From Squalus acanthias (Eukaryota), in contig CM059438.1 in the NCBI GenBank assembly GCA_030390025.1, forward strand, positions 52,764,001-52,828,000: DNA of 64,000 nucleotides. The letters are read 5' to 3'. Positions 1-13,599 of this stretch are shown here, piece by piece (position 1 is the stretch's first letter; each line of letters opens with the position of its first letter). The notes below the pieces were generated by a model. It was not told where the DNA came from. It saw nothing but the letters and a program-made list of their open reading frames with translations, and did not search any database. A program made the position numbers and the translations under genes.

Positions 1-738
1 GTGCCCAACCCGCCCCCAACCCGCCTCCGTTCCATCTTGCCAGGAGGCGGGTAGCTGACCCGCACCGGGTCCTGTCTCCTTGGCGGCGGGAAGGGGATTA
101 GTGCCACTAACAGGTAGTTAACAGGCAGATAAGAGGATTATCCCCATTTTACCCACACAAGTGCGGGCTTCCCGAAGGCTGCGAACCCCGCCAGGGTCAC
201 TGAGGAAAGCAGTGGGTCTGTGGAGGTCGGAGGGGTCCAAAAGTGCACTGTGGAGGTAAGTGATGGGTGCAAGTGCGGAGAAGTGAGTATGTGAGGTAAG
301 TGGAAAGTGTTAGTAAAAGTTTACTTACCTTTGTTTCTTCCTGAAGGCTTCAAGAGTTGGGTATGCGGAGAGTCTCGCACCTCCGCGGCAGAGATGACAG
401 ATGGCTGTTGCATTCTCCAATGCAGCAACCATCTAATTCAGCTAAATAAAGAGGTTTGATGAGGTCTTGAATTCAAGAACTCATCAAACTACAGAGAATG
501 TCAGTGTTTGACAGCTTCACAGAGCTGTCAAACGATGACAATTCAGATGAAACGTCATACGCTGATGTTCTCTGTAACCGGCTTTCCTTTAATTGGCCTG
601 CTAAGCCCACTGGGCGGGCTTAACAAGGTCAATCAGGGGAAAATAGCGTGGGTTGGCCAGAAGTTGATGGAGGCGGGACTGAAACCCGACAGGTGGGAGT
701 CCCGCCTCCAAAAGCTCCCCATTGGCAAAATCCAGCCC
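1..738. mobile_element. Harbinger-type MITE, truncated by window start
   Basis: Colinear with the complete copy at 36033-36876; same right end AAAATCCAGCCC. Confidence 0.75.
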
Positions 739-1856
739 AAGGTATCACAATTGGGTGGGACAGGTTCGATGGATCAGAGGGTCTTTACCTGTCCGTCATT
801 GTTCGTATGTCCGTTTGTTTGTAATTATCACATCTTTAAAAGGGTACTTACGCTATTAATTACTAGACTTCACTTTCTGTGGCGAGTTTAATGCAGCAAC
901 TTCATGAAAATCACGGGGAGGTTAAGCGCGAGATGCCGTTTTCGCGAAGCTGATGGAGCAGCGCAAATCGGCCAGCAACTTGTGGCGATTTGCAATTCAC
1001 GGGGTATCTGTTCCTCGCTACAAGTTGCTGGTCGATTTGCAGATGAATAACGGTGTACATCGTTCAGGCCTCATTATTGGCCCAATGCATTCAAGAGGAA
1101 TAGGGAAGGAAAAAAAGCAGGTGGGTGGCAGTATTGATCAAAGGTATTGTTACAGCCCTGGAAAGGGATGATGTGCTTGACGGTTCAAAGACAGAATCTA
1201 TTTGGTTAGAGTTAAGGATCTGTTATGATGCTGGCTGTAGATTATTGACCACCAAATAGTGGGAAGGAAATAGAGCATCAAATTTGCAAGTAAATTCCAG
1301 AACGATGTAAAGTAATGATAAGGTGGTGACGTCAATTATCCTAATATAGATTGGGAAAAAACAGTGTAAAGGGCAAGGAGGGGAAGGAATTCCTGAAATG
1401 TGTACAAGAGAACTTTCTCGATCAGTGTGTTTCCAGCCCAACGAGGAAGGAAGCAGTGCTGGATCTAGTTCTGGGGAATGAAGTGGGACAAGTGGAGCAT
1501 GTTTCAGTGAGAGAGCATTTGGGAAACAGTGATCGCAATATCATTAGGTTTACAGTAGTTACAGAAAAGGACAAGGAAAAATCCATGGTGAAAATACTCA
1601 ACTAGAAGAGGGCTAATTTTATTGAGTTGAAAAGGGATCTGGCCCAGGTGGATTGGAATCAAAGATTGGCCGTAAAACAGTAAATGAGGAATGGGAGGTT
1701 TTCAAAGAGGAGATAGTTCGAATAAAGACTAAACACATTCCTATGAGGGGGAAATGAAGTGCATCGAAACCTAGAGCTCCCTGGATGACTAAAAAAATTG
1801 GGATTAAAATGAAACAGAAAAGGGAGGCTTCTGATAAATGTCAGGATCTTAATACA

Positions 1857-2512
1857 AAAATGAGAAGTCGCACAACACCAGGTTATAGTCCAACAGATTT
1901 ATTTAAAATTACAAGCTTTCGGAGCTGTCGCTCCTTCCTCAGGTAGAGTAGCTGTGAGAGAATCTCCCAGAATTCACAATATAAACACAGAAAAAATGTA
2001 TTCAAATCTTTCCCTACATCAAAGACACACTAAGAGCACAGCCAAGACAATGAGATGTGTCCCAGGGGGTCCAACGTGTCAAAACACCTGCTGGCTGCAT
2101 ATCCTCTGCAGTTGACTTTGGTTCTTGTGTTAGTTTTTTAAAAAAAAAGGCTGGAAAGACCGGCCATGATGTCAAGTCACGTTCTGTATCGTGACATGAA
2201 CCCGATATCGCGATTGAGGCCATCCTCATGAGTGCGGAACTTGGCTATCAGTTTCTGCTCTATGATTTTGCGCTGTCGTGTATCCCGAAGGCCGCCTTGG
2301 AGAACGCTTACCCGCAGATCCGAGGCTGAATGCCCCTGACTGCTGAAGTGTTTATATTGTGAATTCTGGGAGATTCTCTCACAGCTACTCTACCTGAGGA
2401 AGGAGCGACAGCTCCGAAAGCTTGTAATTTTAAATAAATCTGTTGGACTATAACCTGGTGTTGTGCGACTTCTCATTTTTGTCCACCCCAGTCCAACGCT
2501 GGCATCTCCACA
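1857..2512 (-). mobile_element. Penelope-like element 3' part with inverted pseudo-LTR
   Basis: 135-bp inverted repeat (1854-1988 / 2348-2482). Minus-strand GIY-YIG C-terminus 'EQKLIAKFRTHEDGLNRD'. TSD-like TCAGGATC(T/G)TAATACA at 1841-1856 and 2513-2528. Confidence 0.85.
2391..2426 (+). ncRNA. Minimal hammerhead ribozyme motif in Penelope pseudo-LTR (mirror copy on minus near 1910-1945)
   Basis: CTGAGGA-A-GGAGC gaca GCTCC-GAAA-GCTT; short stem I TAC/GTA. Confidence 0.65.
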
Positions 2513-2971
2513 TCAGGATCGTAATACAGTAGAGAATCAAGCAGAATACAGAGTGCAGAGGAGAACTGAAAATGGAAATAAGTGGGACAAAGAGAATGTA
2601 TGAGAAGAGATTAGCGGGTAGCATAAAAGGGAACACTAAAGTATTTTATAAACATACAAGGAGTAAAAGGATAGTTAAATAAAGGGAGGGGCCGATTAGG
2701 GAGGCAGAGGGCATGGCTGAGGTACTAAATGAGTACTTTGCATCTGTCTTCACTAGAGAAGAGGATGTTGCTAATGTCACAGTAAAGGTGGAGGTAGTAG
2801 AGAAATTGGATAAGATAGAAATAGATAAAGAGGAGGTACTTAAATGGCTGGCAACTCCCAAAGTAGAAAAGTCACCTGGACCGGATGGAATCCATCCTAC
2901 GTTGCTAAGGGTGGAAAAAGTGAAGGCTTTGGCCACAATCTTTCAATCCTCCTTGGATATGGGAGTGGTGC

Positions 2972-3628
2972 TGTTAGGAGCAACTGTTAGCAATCTCCGT
3001 CCTTCTATGGTTCACAATGACACGCTTTGAGTAAGCACGAGACACTTAATGGTGGAGTATATGGAACAGACTTTATTCATATACAGCAGAGGTAGTTACT
3101 CTGTACTGTACACAGAGACTGGCTTCCAGTTTCTCTATCGAGCCCTCCAAATAATTGGTGAAAACCATGCTCCTTTATACGCCTTAGTTTGCCTACATCA
3201 ACGATACATGTCATAGATAAGACCTCACGATGTATCTGTTCCTGAATCCTTTGAAAAAATTTACATGAGCAGTTGCAGTTGTTTACTTTCCTCAAACAAG
3301 ACTTCCTGACCTGTCTGTTGTTGAATCCTTTGAGGAGTAGTTTTATTAACAGCTTTCTCTCTATACTACAGTTAATGAACCCTCTGCCCATGTTTATTAC
3401 ATTAGTCACTAAAGTTACACATTAATCACTCATGGCTGATGCTGTTCCAGTCACTTATTTCCTTGCACAAGCATTTCTTATAGATAATACTCAGACATTT
3501 GGAGCAGAAAACAAGCCATGTTTACTCCTGGGGCACCACAAAGCTATCCTGTTTATCTGGAAAAGCCATTTGCTTTACGATACAAGGAAGTTCGAGAATT
3601 AACCATTAACTCACCAAGATGTCCAACA
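2972..3628 (-). mobile_element. Solo LTR (657 bp)
   Basis: TGTT...AACA termini; perfect 5-bp TSD GGTGC; AATAAA on minus near 3073; interrupts CR1 'GVV|PEDW'. Confidence 0.85.
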
Positions 3629-3751
3629 GGTGCCGGAGGACTGGAGGGTTGCAAATGTTGCACCTCTATTCAGAAAAGGGGAGAGGGATAAATCCGGTAA
3701 CTACAGGCAAGCCATTCTAATGTCGGTGGTGAGGAAACTTTTAGAGACAAT

Positions 3752-4431
3752 GGCCCCGATCTTATCTCAGAGGCAGTGGTGGGGGGCGAGGTGGCGGGGC
3801 GGGGGGGGGTTCTGTTTTACGGTCAGGAAACCCGGAAGAATGGGTTTCCCTTGGGTCCTGTCAAATTTAATGGCAGGACCTGATTACCATTTTTTGTTTC
3901 CGTTTCCTGGCAGTAGCCAGCCAGATTGAAAGGCTGGCTGGATGTCGGGCGGGAATGCCTTTGGCACCAGGCCTCAGCCAGGGAGCGGAGAGGAGGGAGG
4001 GAGGGATCGGAAAGGCTGGAGGAGGTGAAGATTGGAGGCCAGAGGGGAGATCAGAGGCCAGGGTCAGGGGAAGATCAGGGTCTGGAGCAAAGGGGAGATC
4101 GGAGGCCAGAGGGGAGATCGGTAAGTGGAAAGGCACTTACCTCCTGGATCCAGCAGTCCTTGTGTCCCTTTAGCTGCCAGGGTTTCCCGAGGCCTGGGAA
4201 ATCCGGCCAGCCAGGGTTAAATTTTAAATAGTGGTTAATTCTGAGGCACGCAGCCTCATTATAATACTTAAATGACCAACCCGCCTCCTGCAAATGGGTT
4301 GATTGTCCTATTCCCATCCCGCCTCCCTTAAAACCGGAAATGGGTGGGTTGGGGTCGAGTTTCAGGTGTTTAACATGGTTACATCCCACCCAACCCAAAC
4401 CCGCCGGTTTTTGGGGGTTAAAGTTCCCTCC
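3752..4431. mobile_element. Harbinger-type MITE
   Basis: GG...CC ends, 3-bp TSD AAT, interrupts CR1 'LET|IIRDKI'; internal tandem GGAGGCCAGAGGGGAGATC repeats. Confidence 0.7.
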
Positions 4432-4949
4432 AATAATTCGGGACAAAATTAATTGTCACTTGGAAAACATGAGTTAATAAATGACAGCTGGCAGGGCTCT
4501 GGGGAAAGAACAGGGGAGTGGGACTAATTGGATAGCTCTTTCAAAGAGCCAGCACAGGCACTGTGGGTCAAATGACCTCCTTCTGTGCTGTATGATTCTA
4601 TGAGTCATTAGTAAGTAAGGGTATACCCCCCTTTAATATATTTTCACACTTTTCTTCATCTTGGATGAAGATGGCACGTATGAAGGTCGCAGTCTGTTGA
4701 GCTACTCTTCCTCCTCATTCGCCTTCCCCAGATTCTCTCCGTCTTCTTTCAAGCATTTCCTGGTGAAGTTCTTAATTTGCCTAGGTTTATGTTGCAGGAT
4801 ATTGCTGCAGCCCTGCTAATCTTGTTGTCCATCTCCCACCTGCACCTGCACTTCCCTGGAGAGTGGGCTCTCCACCAACAGGTCTGCTCTCAATTCAGCT
4901 ATATTGTTGAAGGTGCCAACTTCAAGCAAGACAGTAAACCAATATCCCT

Positions 4950-5195
4950 TCTGCTATGGAATTATTCAAAGAATACCAAGGGAGTTATGACCATATTTAT
5001 CCCTCAACCAACATCAATCAAACAGATTAACTTCTTGTTTATCTGATTTGTTGTTTGTGGGATCTTGTTGTGCGCAAACTAGCAGCCATGTTAGCCCACA
5101 CAATAACAATAATTACACTTCAAAAGCAAATCTTTGACTGAAGCGCTTTGGAATTTGGAGGATGTGAAAAGTGCTACATAAAGGCAAATTCTCAA
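4950..5195 (+). mobile_element. Old Deu-type SINE 3' part
   Basis: Similar to the reverse complement of the SINE at 56640-57089 (TTGTGGGATCTTGTTGTGCG; L2-like tail). Confidence 0.55.
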
Positions 5196-8100
5196 GTTCA
5201 TTCTTTGTTTCTTATTTTTAATCCTTAATCCACAGGCCTTTGATCTTGGTGTAATTGACGGATCTGCTCACCTCAAACTCTGCTGCTGACCCTACTGGAG
5301 TATTCAGGGTCAGGAGCATGGTTCCTATTTTAGATATTCTTGGTGGGCATCGATGCCACTATGGGTGCATCTTGGGCATAAGCCAAAGTTTGGGAGAAGC
5401 AATGGAGGTTATCTGCTAGCTTGGCACTCCTGGTACAGGGAAAACATTCTGAGTGCCCTGCAGCCCCATTTACAGAGGAGCCGATCTCCTGCTTCAATTC
5501 CTTTGGCGGTCCAGGCCGAGACCCAGGACTGGACCCAGGCAGGCATCGCTTTCGATTGATGGGAGGCTGGTACACCTCCTTTCATCCATGATATTGACCG
5601 CCTAGTAGATCCCAGGCTGGGGATCATTAAACTCCTAGCCTGAGAAGCCCCCTCTCCAACCTGCCCCCTCTGATAAGGGGGACCATGTATGAGGAAGATG
5701 GAAGTTTCACTCAGACAAGAGCAGTTGGAAAGTGGCAGCAATTCTGGTCTAATTTGCAAGTTCTCCAATGAGCTGCTGCCTAACTTTTTGCAGGAGTATT
5801 TTTGGGCCCATTGAGGCAACTCTTGGGGCCCATTAAGGCAAATTGAACCTAGTTGAAGTTGTAGTAATGTAAATTGAGTTATATTACATTAAATTGAATC
5901 CAACTACTGCTGTGCAATTGTAATTTGAAAGCCAATTTATTGGGCCAGTCACCATGATTACTCTTAACCAGGTTAGTTCTGCAATTTATAAAAAAGGAAT
6001 GCAAAAGATCTGATTTTAACCCTGCCTACCCAATGGAAACCGGGCGGGCAATTAAAATCGGGGCCACAACTTACCCTCCGATCCCGCTGCCACCCTGCAG
6101 GATATAATATTAACCTGCTGTTTTTAGCAAACACATGGGATACTCGCTGGGTGAATATGCAGATCAGGTTCTGATGACGTTTTCAGGAGCTGACTGCAAT
6201 TGTTACCAGAGGTCCAGGCCAGCCTGGTGGCCCCCCAGCTCCTCAGAGCCCCACAAGGAAACCTTACACCTCCCCTGTCCTGGGCTTCCCTCCCCACCAT
6301 CGACAGTGATGCCTTCCCGACTCCCCTCCTAAGCACTTACCTGACTGCCGTGAACCGTTCCGGTGGGTCCTCAGCCATGGCTTCATGCCGCCCAAAGTCC
6401 CACTCCCACCCACCAGCCAGCTAGCGCTTCCCGCTGAGTCTGGGCAGCAGACTGACAGCCAGCGGGCAGATGAGGCCCGTGAGTTAAAATCTCCTGGACC
6501 CCAACACTGCAGGGTGTGGGACGGTTTGCTGCTCGCCTCAGCCCCCAACCTGCATGAGTTCAAATCTATGCTGAAGTATTTTTAGAGATACAATTCCATG
6601 TTGCCAATCATTTGATATCTCTGGTAAGCCAAGAGCTAAATGTTTTTCAAGTACGACTGCACTTTGCTCAAGCTGTTGACTGCTGTGTCTTCTCAATTGC
6701 TCGCGCAAAAGGAATATATTAATTGCAACAATTTATTTGATTTGATTAGAAATAGTTTAGTTTATAAATTGAAGCATGTTTCTCTAATTGTTATTCAGGT
6801 TGTTTTAGTATCGAGCAAGTTGAAGTAAGCTAGATACAACATTACAGTACAGAAGTTGCGATGTTCCTCTGCCAGCATGGAGTTCAGCAAAACATGCGTT
6901 GCACCCGTTTTCCAGGCGTAAAAGGGGTGAAAAGCTACCAATGTTGCACCCAATCTGCGTGGGTGTTAGGCCTACTGCTAAATTCGTTGGGCCCATTTTT
7001 CATGTGTGATGTGTGGCCACCTAAAACATGCGTTAGACACGTTGCATATGCTAATTAGGGACATAACGCTTGTTGAAGGACCACTCTCTAAAATCTATTA
7101 CAGATGAGCCAAGCGTTGGACCTGTCTCGCTCAGGATTCTGCAGCTCCCCTCTTTCTACAGTCCTTGTGATCGCCCCTCTTCCCGCCCTAATGGGTGCCT
7201 GGGTCCAGGATGTGAATTTCCATGATCTTAATAGAGAGTCGAGTCCAAGATAAGCATTGGTAGTTTTCCACTGTCAGGGACTTGACCAATTGGTTATAAG
7301 CATGTCAGTTTGAAATCCCTAGAGTGGTGAGGTAATGTGGATATTCTTGTGCCACTCACACCATTAAATTGTATTTTAAATCCGGCATCCTTGTACTCTT
7401 AGAGAAATCCTTCGAGAACACTAATGATACAAATTCAAAAGGTAGCTTTAAAGGATACATGATACTGAGCTGTTCGAGGGTGTATTTTATTCTGTTGTGC
7501 ATATCTGCATGTCCAGTTCATGCCTTCTAAGATTTTCAGAGGTGTACACCACTGTACTGTTTTAAATATGAAAAGATGAGAAGTAAATTTCCATCTGTTG
7601 CTGCCCCCAATAATAGCCCACTGCAGCACAGCACATATTGACCATGCAAATGTTTACAGACAGAGAGACGGGGAGCTTATGAGATATATGAGCTCAACAA
7701 GTAACTTAAAACTGCAGGATAATTTTATATTCAGTTTGTGGAATTATTTTCTGTCTCCAAAGTTTGAAGTATTTCTGCACAAGCTCCCCATCTATCTGTC
7801 TGTAAACATTTGTAGGATCATACATGCCATTATTTATTTAATTTACCCTGAGCTCCCTTTATTGGCACGAGGGTTTACCACAAAAACTTCTTCAAGCTAA
7901 GATGTTTGGAGGAAAAGAGGATTAGCAGAAGTGTAGCAGGCAGATCAAGCTGCCTGAGAGGTGATCTGTGCCCTCCCACTCGCACCCCAGTACCTGCAGC
8001 GAGAGGCAGGAAACCTCACTTTGACAGATGTTGGTGGTGGGGCCCCAGCAGACCTGCTGGTGGTATCACAGTGAGATCTGAATGCCTGTCTAATCCTTAT

Positions 8101-8284
8101 GCTGGAAGGTATTTAAGAAGCCTCCCGATCACAGCGTGTCATGCTTTACATGGTACTGCATGAAAGAAGGCATGGCAGAGTGCTTGACCACACCCATCAA
8201 CCACATGGGAATGCCTGGTTACCTGGCTTCTCAGGATCTGGATCAGCAGAGGGGTAGATGCCCAGCATGGCCATCACTCATGGC

Positions 8285-8383
8285 CAGTAACGGTTACCAT
8301 GCAGCGTGGAGCTTACACATGTGCAGGGACAGTAACGGTTACCATGCAGCGTGGAGCTTACACATGTGCAGGGACAGTAACGG
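8285..8383. repeat. 45-bp tandem repeat, continued after the LINE at 12772-12836
   Basis: CAGTAACGGTTACCATGCAGCGTGGAGCTTACACATGTGCAGGGA x2.2; the last 65 bp recur right after the LINE tail. Confidence 0.9.
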
Positions 8384-8753
8384 AGCTGAGCGGCGGACCT
8401 GCGAGAGGCACAGAGTCAGCGAGAGGAGGATAAAAAGAGCGCGGAGAGGAGGCCTGGGACTGGAGCTGAGCGGCGGACCTGCGAGAGGCACAGAGTCAGC
8501 GAGAAGAGAGAGAGATGTAAAAAGTAATCGAAGTGTGACATCACCAGAAAGCAGGTAAGTGATTGGTTGGTGAGTATTTCTCTCTTGCTCGCTTTTTTCC
8601 AAACTTAATTTTTGTAGTTTATAGTTTCTAGGGTCTCTGTTGTGTAGCGGGGAGTGCTAGTAAACAAGGGCCCTTGAGTATATCATTTAATTGTCGTGTA
8701 ATTAGTGGTATTGATATGATTTAATTTAATTTGAATTAATTAAAGGGTAAGTC

Positions 8754-9690
8754 ATGGCAGCACAGCTCGGCCCCGTGGCATGCTCCTCCTGCACTGTGTG
8801 GGAAATCAGGGACACCTCCTGTGTCCCTGACGACCATGTGTGCGGGAGGTGTATCCAGCTGCAGCTACTGACAGACCGCATTGCGGCGCTGGAGCTGCGA
8901 ATGGATACATACTAGAGCATTCGCGATGCAGAGCACATCGTGGATAACACGTTTAGGGAGTTGGTCACACTGCAGGTAAAGTCTGCACAGGCAGGAAGGG
9001 AATGGGTGACCACCATGCAGAGTAGTAGGCGCAGGCAGGTAGTGCAGGGGTCCCCTGTGGCCACCCCCCTTTCAAACAGATATACCACTTTGGATATTGT
9101 TGAAGGGGATGGCTTTTCGGGGGAAGGCAGCAGCAGCCAACTTCCTGGCACCATGGGTGGTCCTGCTGCACAGGACGGGAGGAAAAAAAGCGGGAGAGCT
9201 ATAGTGATAGGGGATTCTATTGTAAGGGGAATAGATAGGCGTTTCTGCGGCTGCAAACGAGTGTCCAGGATGGTATGTTGCCTCCCTGGTGCAAGGGTCA
9301 AGGATGTCTCGGAGCGGCTGCAGGGGGAGGGTGAACAGCCAGTTGTCGTGGTGCATATAGGTACCAACAATATAGGTAAAAAACGGGATGAGGTACTAAA
9401 AGCTGAATATAGGGAGTTAGGAAGTAAATTAAAAAATAGGATCTCAAAGGTAGTAATCTCAGGATTGCTACCAGTGCCACGTGCTAGTCAGAGTAGAAAT
9501 AGAAGGATATTTCAGATGAATATGTGGCTAGAGGAATGGTGCAAGGGGGAGGGATTCAAATTCCTGGGACATTGGAACCGGTTCTGGGGAGGAGGGACCA
9601 GTACAAACCGGACGGTTTGCACCTGGGCAGGACCGGGACCGATGTCCGAGGGGGAGTGTTTGCTAGTGCTGTTGGGGAGGGTTTAAACTA
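8754..9690 (+). pseudogene. CR1 ORF1: zinc finger/coiled coil plus SGNH esterase
   Basis: CSSC...CGRC; IVIGDSIVR, CLPGA, HIGTNN, DGLHL. Stop at 8913 and a frameshift near 9590. Confidence 0.85.
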
Positions 9691-9813
9691 AAATGGCAGG
9701 GAGTAGGGAACCTATGCAGGGAGACAGAGGAAAGGGAAGCAAGGATAGAAACAAAAGACAGGAAGGAGAAAAGCAAAAGTGGAAGGCAGAGAAATCAAGG
9801 GTGTAAATCAAAC

Positions 9814-12675
9814 ATGGCCACAGTAAATAATAATTCTAAAAGGACTAAGAGTGTTAAAAAAACAAGCCTGAAGGCTTTGTGTCTTAATGCGAGGAGCATT
9901 CGGAACAAGGTGGATGAATTAGCTGTGCAAATAGATGTAAACGGATATGATATAATTGGGATTACGGAGACATGGCTCCAGGATGACCAAGTCTGGGAAT
10001 TCAACATCCAGGGGTATTCAATACTCAGGAAGGTCAGGAAAAAAGGAAAAGGAGGTGGGGTAGCATTGCTGGTTAAAGAGGAGATTAACACAATAGCAAG
10101 AAAGGATATTAGCTCTGATGATGTGGAATCTGTATGGGCAGAGCTGAGAAATACCAAGGGGCAGAAAACGTTAGTGGGAGTTGTATACAGACCCCCAAAC
10201 AGTAATGCTGAGGTTGGGGATGGCATTAAACGGGAAATTAGAGACGCGTGCAATAAGGGCACAGCAGTTATCATGGGTGACTTTAATCTACATATAGATT
10301 GGGCTAACCAAATTAGTAACAATACTGTGGAGGAGGAATTCCTAGAGTGTATACGGGATGGTTTCCTGGACCAATATGTCAAGGAACCAACCAGAGATCA
10401 GGCCATCTTAGACTGGGTATTATGTAATGAGAAAGGATTAATTAACAATCTTGTTGTGTGAGGCCCCTTGGGGAGGAGCGATCATAATATGATAGAATTC
10501 TTCATTAAAATGGAGAGTGAAGTAGTTGACTCAGAGACTAGGGTCCTGAATTTAAATAAAGGAAACTATGATGGTATGAGGCACGAGTTGGCTAGGATGG
10601 ATTGGGGAACGTTACTTAAAGGGTTGACGGTGGATAGGCAACGGCAAACATTTAAAGATCGCATGGATGAACTACAGAATTTGTTCATCCCTGTTTGGCA
10701 TAAAAATAAAACAAAAAAGGTGACTCAACTGTGGCTAACAAGGGAAATTAGGGATAGCATAAGATCCAAGGCGAGGACATATAATTTGGCCAGAAAAAGC
10801 AGCAAAGCTGAGGATTGGGAACAGTTTAGGATTCAGCAAAGGAGGACAAAGGGATTAATTAAGAGGGGGAAAATAGAATATGAGAGTAAGCTTGCAGGGA
10901 ACATAAAAACTGACTGCAAAAGCTTCAACAGATATGTGAAGAGAAAAAGATTGGTGAAGTCAAGCGTAGGTCCCTTGCAGTCAGAATCAGGGGAACTTAT
11001 AATGGGGAACAAAGAAATGGCAGCCCAATTAAATACATATTTTGGTTCTGTCTTCACAAAGGAGGACACAAATAAACTCCCAGAGATGTCGGGGAACATA
11101 GGGTCTAATGAAAGGGAAGAATTGAATGAAATCAGTATTTGTAGGGAAATGGTGTTAGGGAAATTGATGGGATTGAAGGCCGATAAATCCCCAGGGCCTG
11201 ATAATCTACATCCTAGGGTACTTAAGGAAGTGGCCCTAGAAATAGTAGATGCATTGCTGGTCATCTTCCAAAATTCTATAGAATCTGGAACAGTTCCCAT
11301 GGATTGGAGGGTAGCTAATGTTACCCCACTGTTCAAAAAAGGTGGTAGAGAGAAAACGGGGAATTATAGACCGGTAAGTCTGACATCGATAGTGGGGAAA
11401 ATGCTAGAGTCCATTATAAAAGATGTAATAGCAGAGCACTTGGAAAACAGTGACAGGATCGGACAAAGTCAACATGGATTTACAAAAGGTAAATCATGCT
11501 TGACTAATCTACTGGAATGTTTTGAGGATGTAACTGGTAGAATAGATAAGGGAGAACCAGTGGATGTGGTGTATTTGGACTTTCAGAAGGCTTTCGATAA
11601 GGTCCCGCATAAGAGATTGGCATGCAAAGTTAAAGCACATGGGATTGGGGGTAAGGTACTGACTTGGATAGAGAACTGGTTGGCAGACAGGAAGCAAAGA
11701 GTTGGAATAAACGGGTCTTTTTCCAAGTGGCAGGCAGTGACTAGTGGGGTACCGCAGGGATCGGTGCTAGGACCCCAGCTATTCACAATATATATAAATG
11801 ATCTAGACGAGGGAACTAGATGTAATATCTCCAAGTTTGCAGACGACACAAAGCTGGGTGGGCGTGTGTGCTGTGAGGAGGATGCAGAGAAACTCCAGTA
11901 TGATTTGGACAGGTTGGGTGATTGGGCAGATGCATGGCAAATGCAGTATAATGTGGATAAATCGAGGTTATCCACTTCGGTGGCAAAAACAGGAAGACAG
12001 ATTATTATCTGAACGGCAATAGATTGGGAAAAGGGGAAGTGCAATGAGACCTGGGTGTCCTTGTGCACCAGTCGCTGAAGGTAAGCATGCAGGTGCAGCA
12101 GGCGGTTAAGAAGGCAAATGGTATGTTGGCCTTCATAGCGAGAGGGTTTGAGTACAGGAGCAAGGATGTCTTGCTGCAGTTGTACAGGGCCTTGGTGAGA
12201 CCACACCTTGAGTATTGTGTGCAGTTTTGGTCGCCTTATCTGAGGAAGGATGTTCTTGTCATGGAGGGAGTGCAGCGAAGATTCACCAGACTGATACTTG
12301 GGATGGCAGCAATGACGTATGAGGAGAGATTGGGTCGATTAGGCTTATATTCGCTAGAGTTTAGAAGAATGAGAGGGGATCTCATTGAAACTTATAAAAT
12401 TCTAACAGGACTAGACAGACTAGATGCAGGAAGGATGTTCCCGATGGCGGGGGAGTCCAGAACCAGGGGTCACAGTCTAAGGATAAGGGGTAAGCTATTT
12501 AGGACTGAGATGAGGAGGAATTTCTTCACCTAGAGAGTGGTGAACCTGTGGAATTCTCTACCACACAAGGCAGTTGAGGCCAATTCATTAAATATATTCA
12601 AGAAAGAGTTAGATATATTTCTTAAGGCTAAAGGGATCAAGGGATATGGGGAGAAAGCAGGGACAGGGTTCTGAA
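9814..12675 (+). pseudogene. CR1 ORF2: AP endonuclease plus reverse transcriptase
   Basis: [38 protein letters not shown]. Stops (10459, 12531) and a frameshift near 11960. Confidence 0.92.
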
Positions 12676-13599
12676 TTTGGATGATCAGCCATGATCTCAT
12701 TAAATGGCGCAACAGGCTCGAGGGGCCGAATGGCCTACTCCTGATCCTATCTTTTATGTTTCTATGTTTCTATGTGCAGTGACAGTAACGGTTACCATGC
12801 AGCGTGGGGCTTACACATGTGCAGGGACAGTAACGGTCATCTTTGGCCTGAAAGCTGGCTTCCTCTTCTTACAGACATGCTGCAGTGCTGACCGATGTGA
12901 TGGTGCTGTGGAGTGGCACAGAGGAAAACTCTCCTTGCAAGTGTCTTATGCAGCACCATCTCGATTTCAGCTACCATCAAAGAGCAGACCAAGTGCTGGG
13001 CTGTACCGTCACTTGCCTGCAGACCTATGCCTCTATTCCGTTCCCTTCATCCAGGCCTGCTATTTGTTAATAACCTATCATTTCAGCATTAGCAAAGGTT
13101 GCTGATGTGCTGAGATACCTTTAATGCTCTCCAGAAGCTTTTCAAATGTTTATCCTTATGACACTCTCCTTTAATTGTCCCCATGTTGAGGCTGCCGCGA
13201 AACACGAATTAAGACTGAATCCATGTGTGGAAAAACAAAGACTTTTTAATACAACTGCATGGTCCAAAATGGCTGAACAGACTGCTCCTAGAATTCCCTG
13301 GAAAAATTCTGAGGCCCCGCCCACTCCTTCTCTACTGCGTTAAAGGCAAGGTGCCTTAAAGGCAAGGTGCTCGATATATTGTCCACGGACAGAAAAGTGG
13401 ATAATGCCCGTTTAGGTGGCGATCCGCCACACAGCTCCCCCCAGAATCTGCTTAGGAGGTGTGGACGAGACGGTGCGGCGGTCTGATGGGCCGGCCGGAG
13501 CGGCTCTTGTAGGACGCCGGTGGACGTGGAACGGCCGGGCGTGGAGCCGCCGGGTGAACCGGCTTGAGGGCAGGTCGGCCGCATGGTGGTGGACGAGCT

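Larger units (their letters stand above)
1090..4600 (+). mobile_element. Decayed CR1 LINE ORF2, split by a Penelope element, a solo LTR and a MITE
   Basis: EN/RT pieces 'FLDQCVSSPTRKEAVLDLVL', 'KSPGPDGIHP', 'PEDWRVANVAPLF'; the CR1 sequence resumes across each insertion. Confidence 0.85.
8384..12771 (+). mobile_element. Full-length CR1 (HER1-like) LINE, inactivated
   Basis: 5'UTR with direct repeat, ORF1, ORF2, 3' stem-loop and (ATGTTTCT)n tail. Confidence 0.92.

Noticed and set aside
8285..8383. CRISPR-like repeat
   Set aside because: Head-to-tail units without spacers, in a eukaryotic context.
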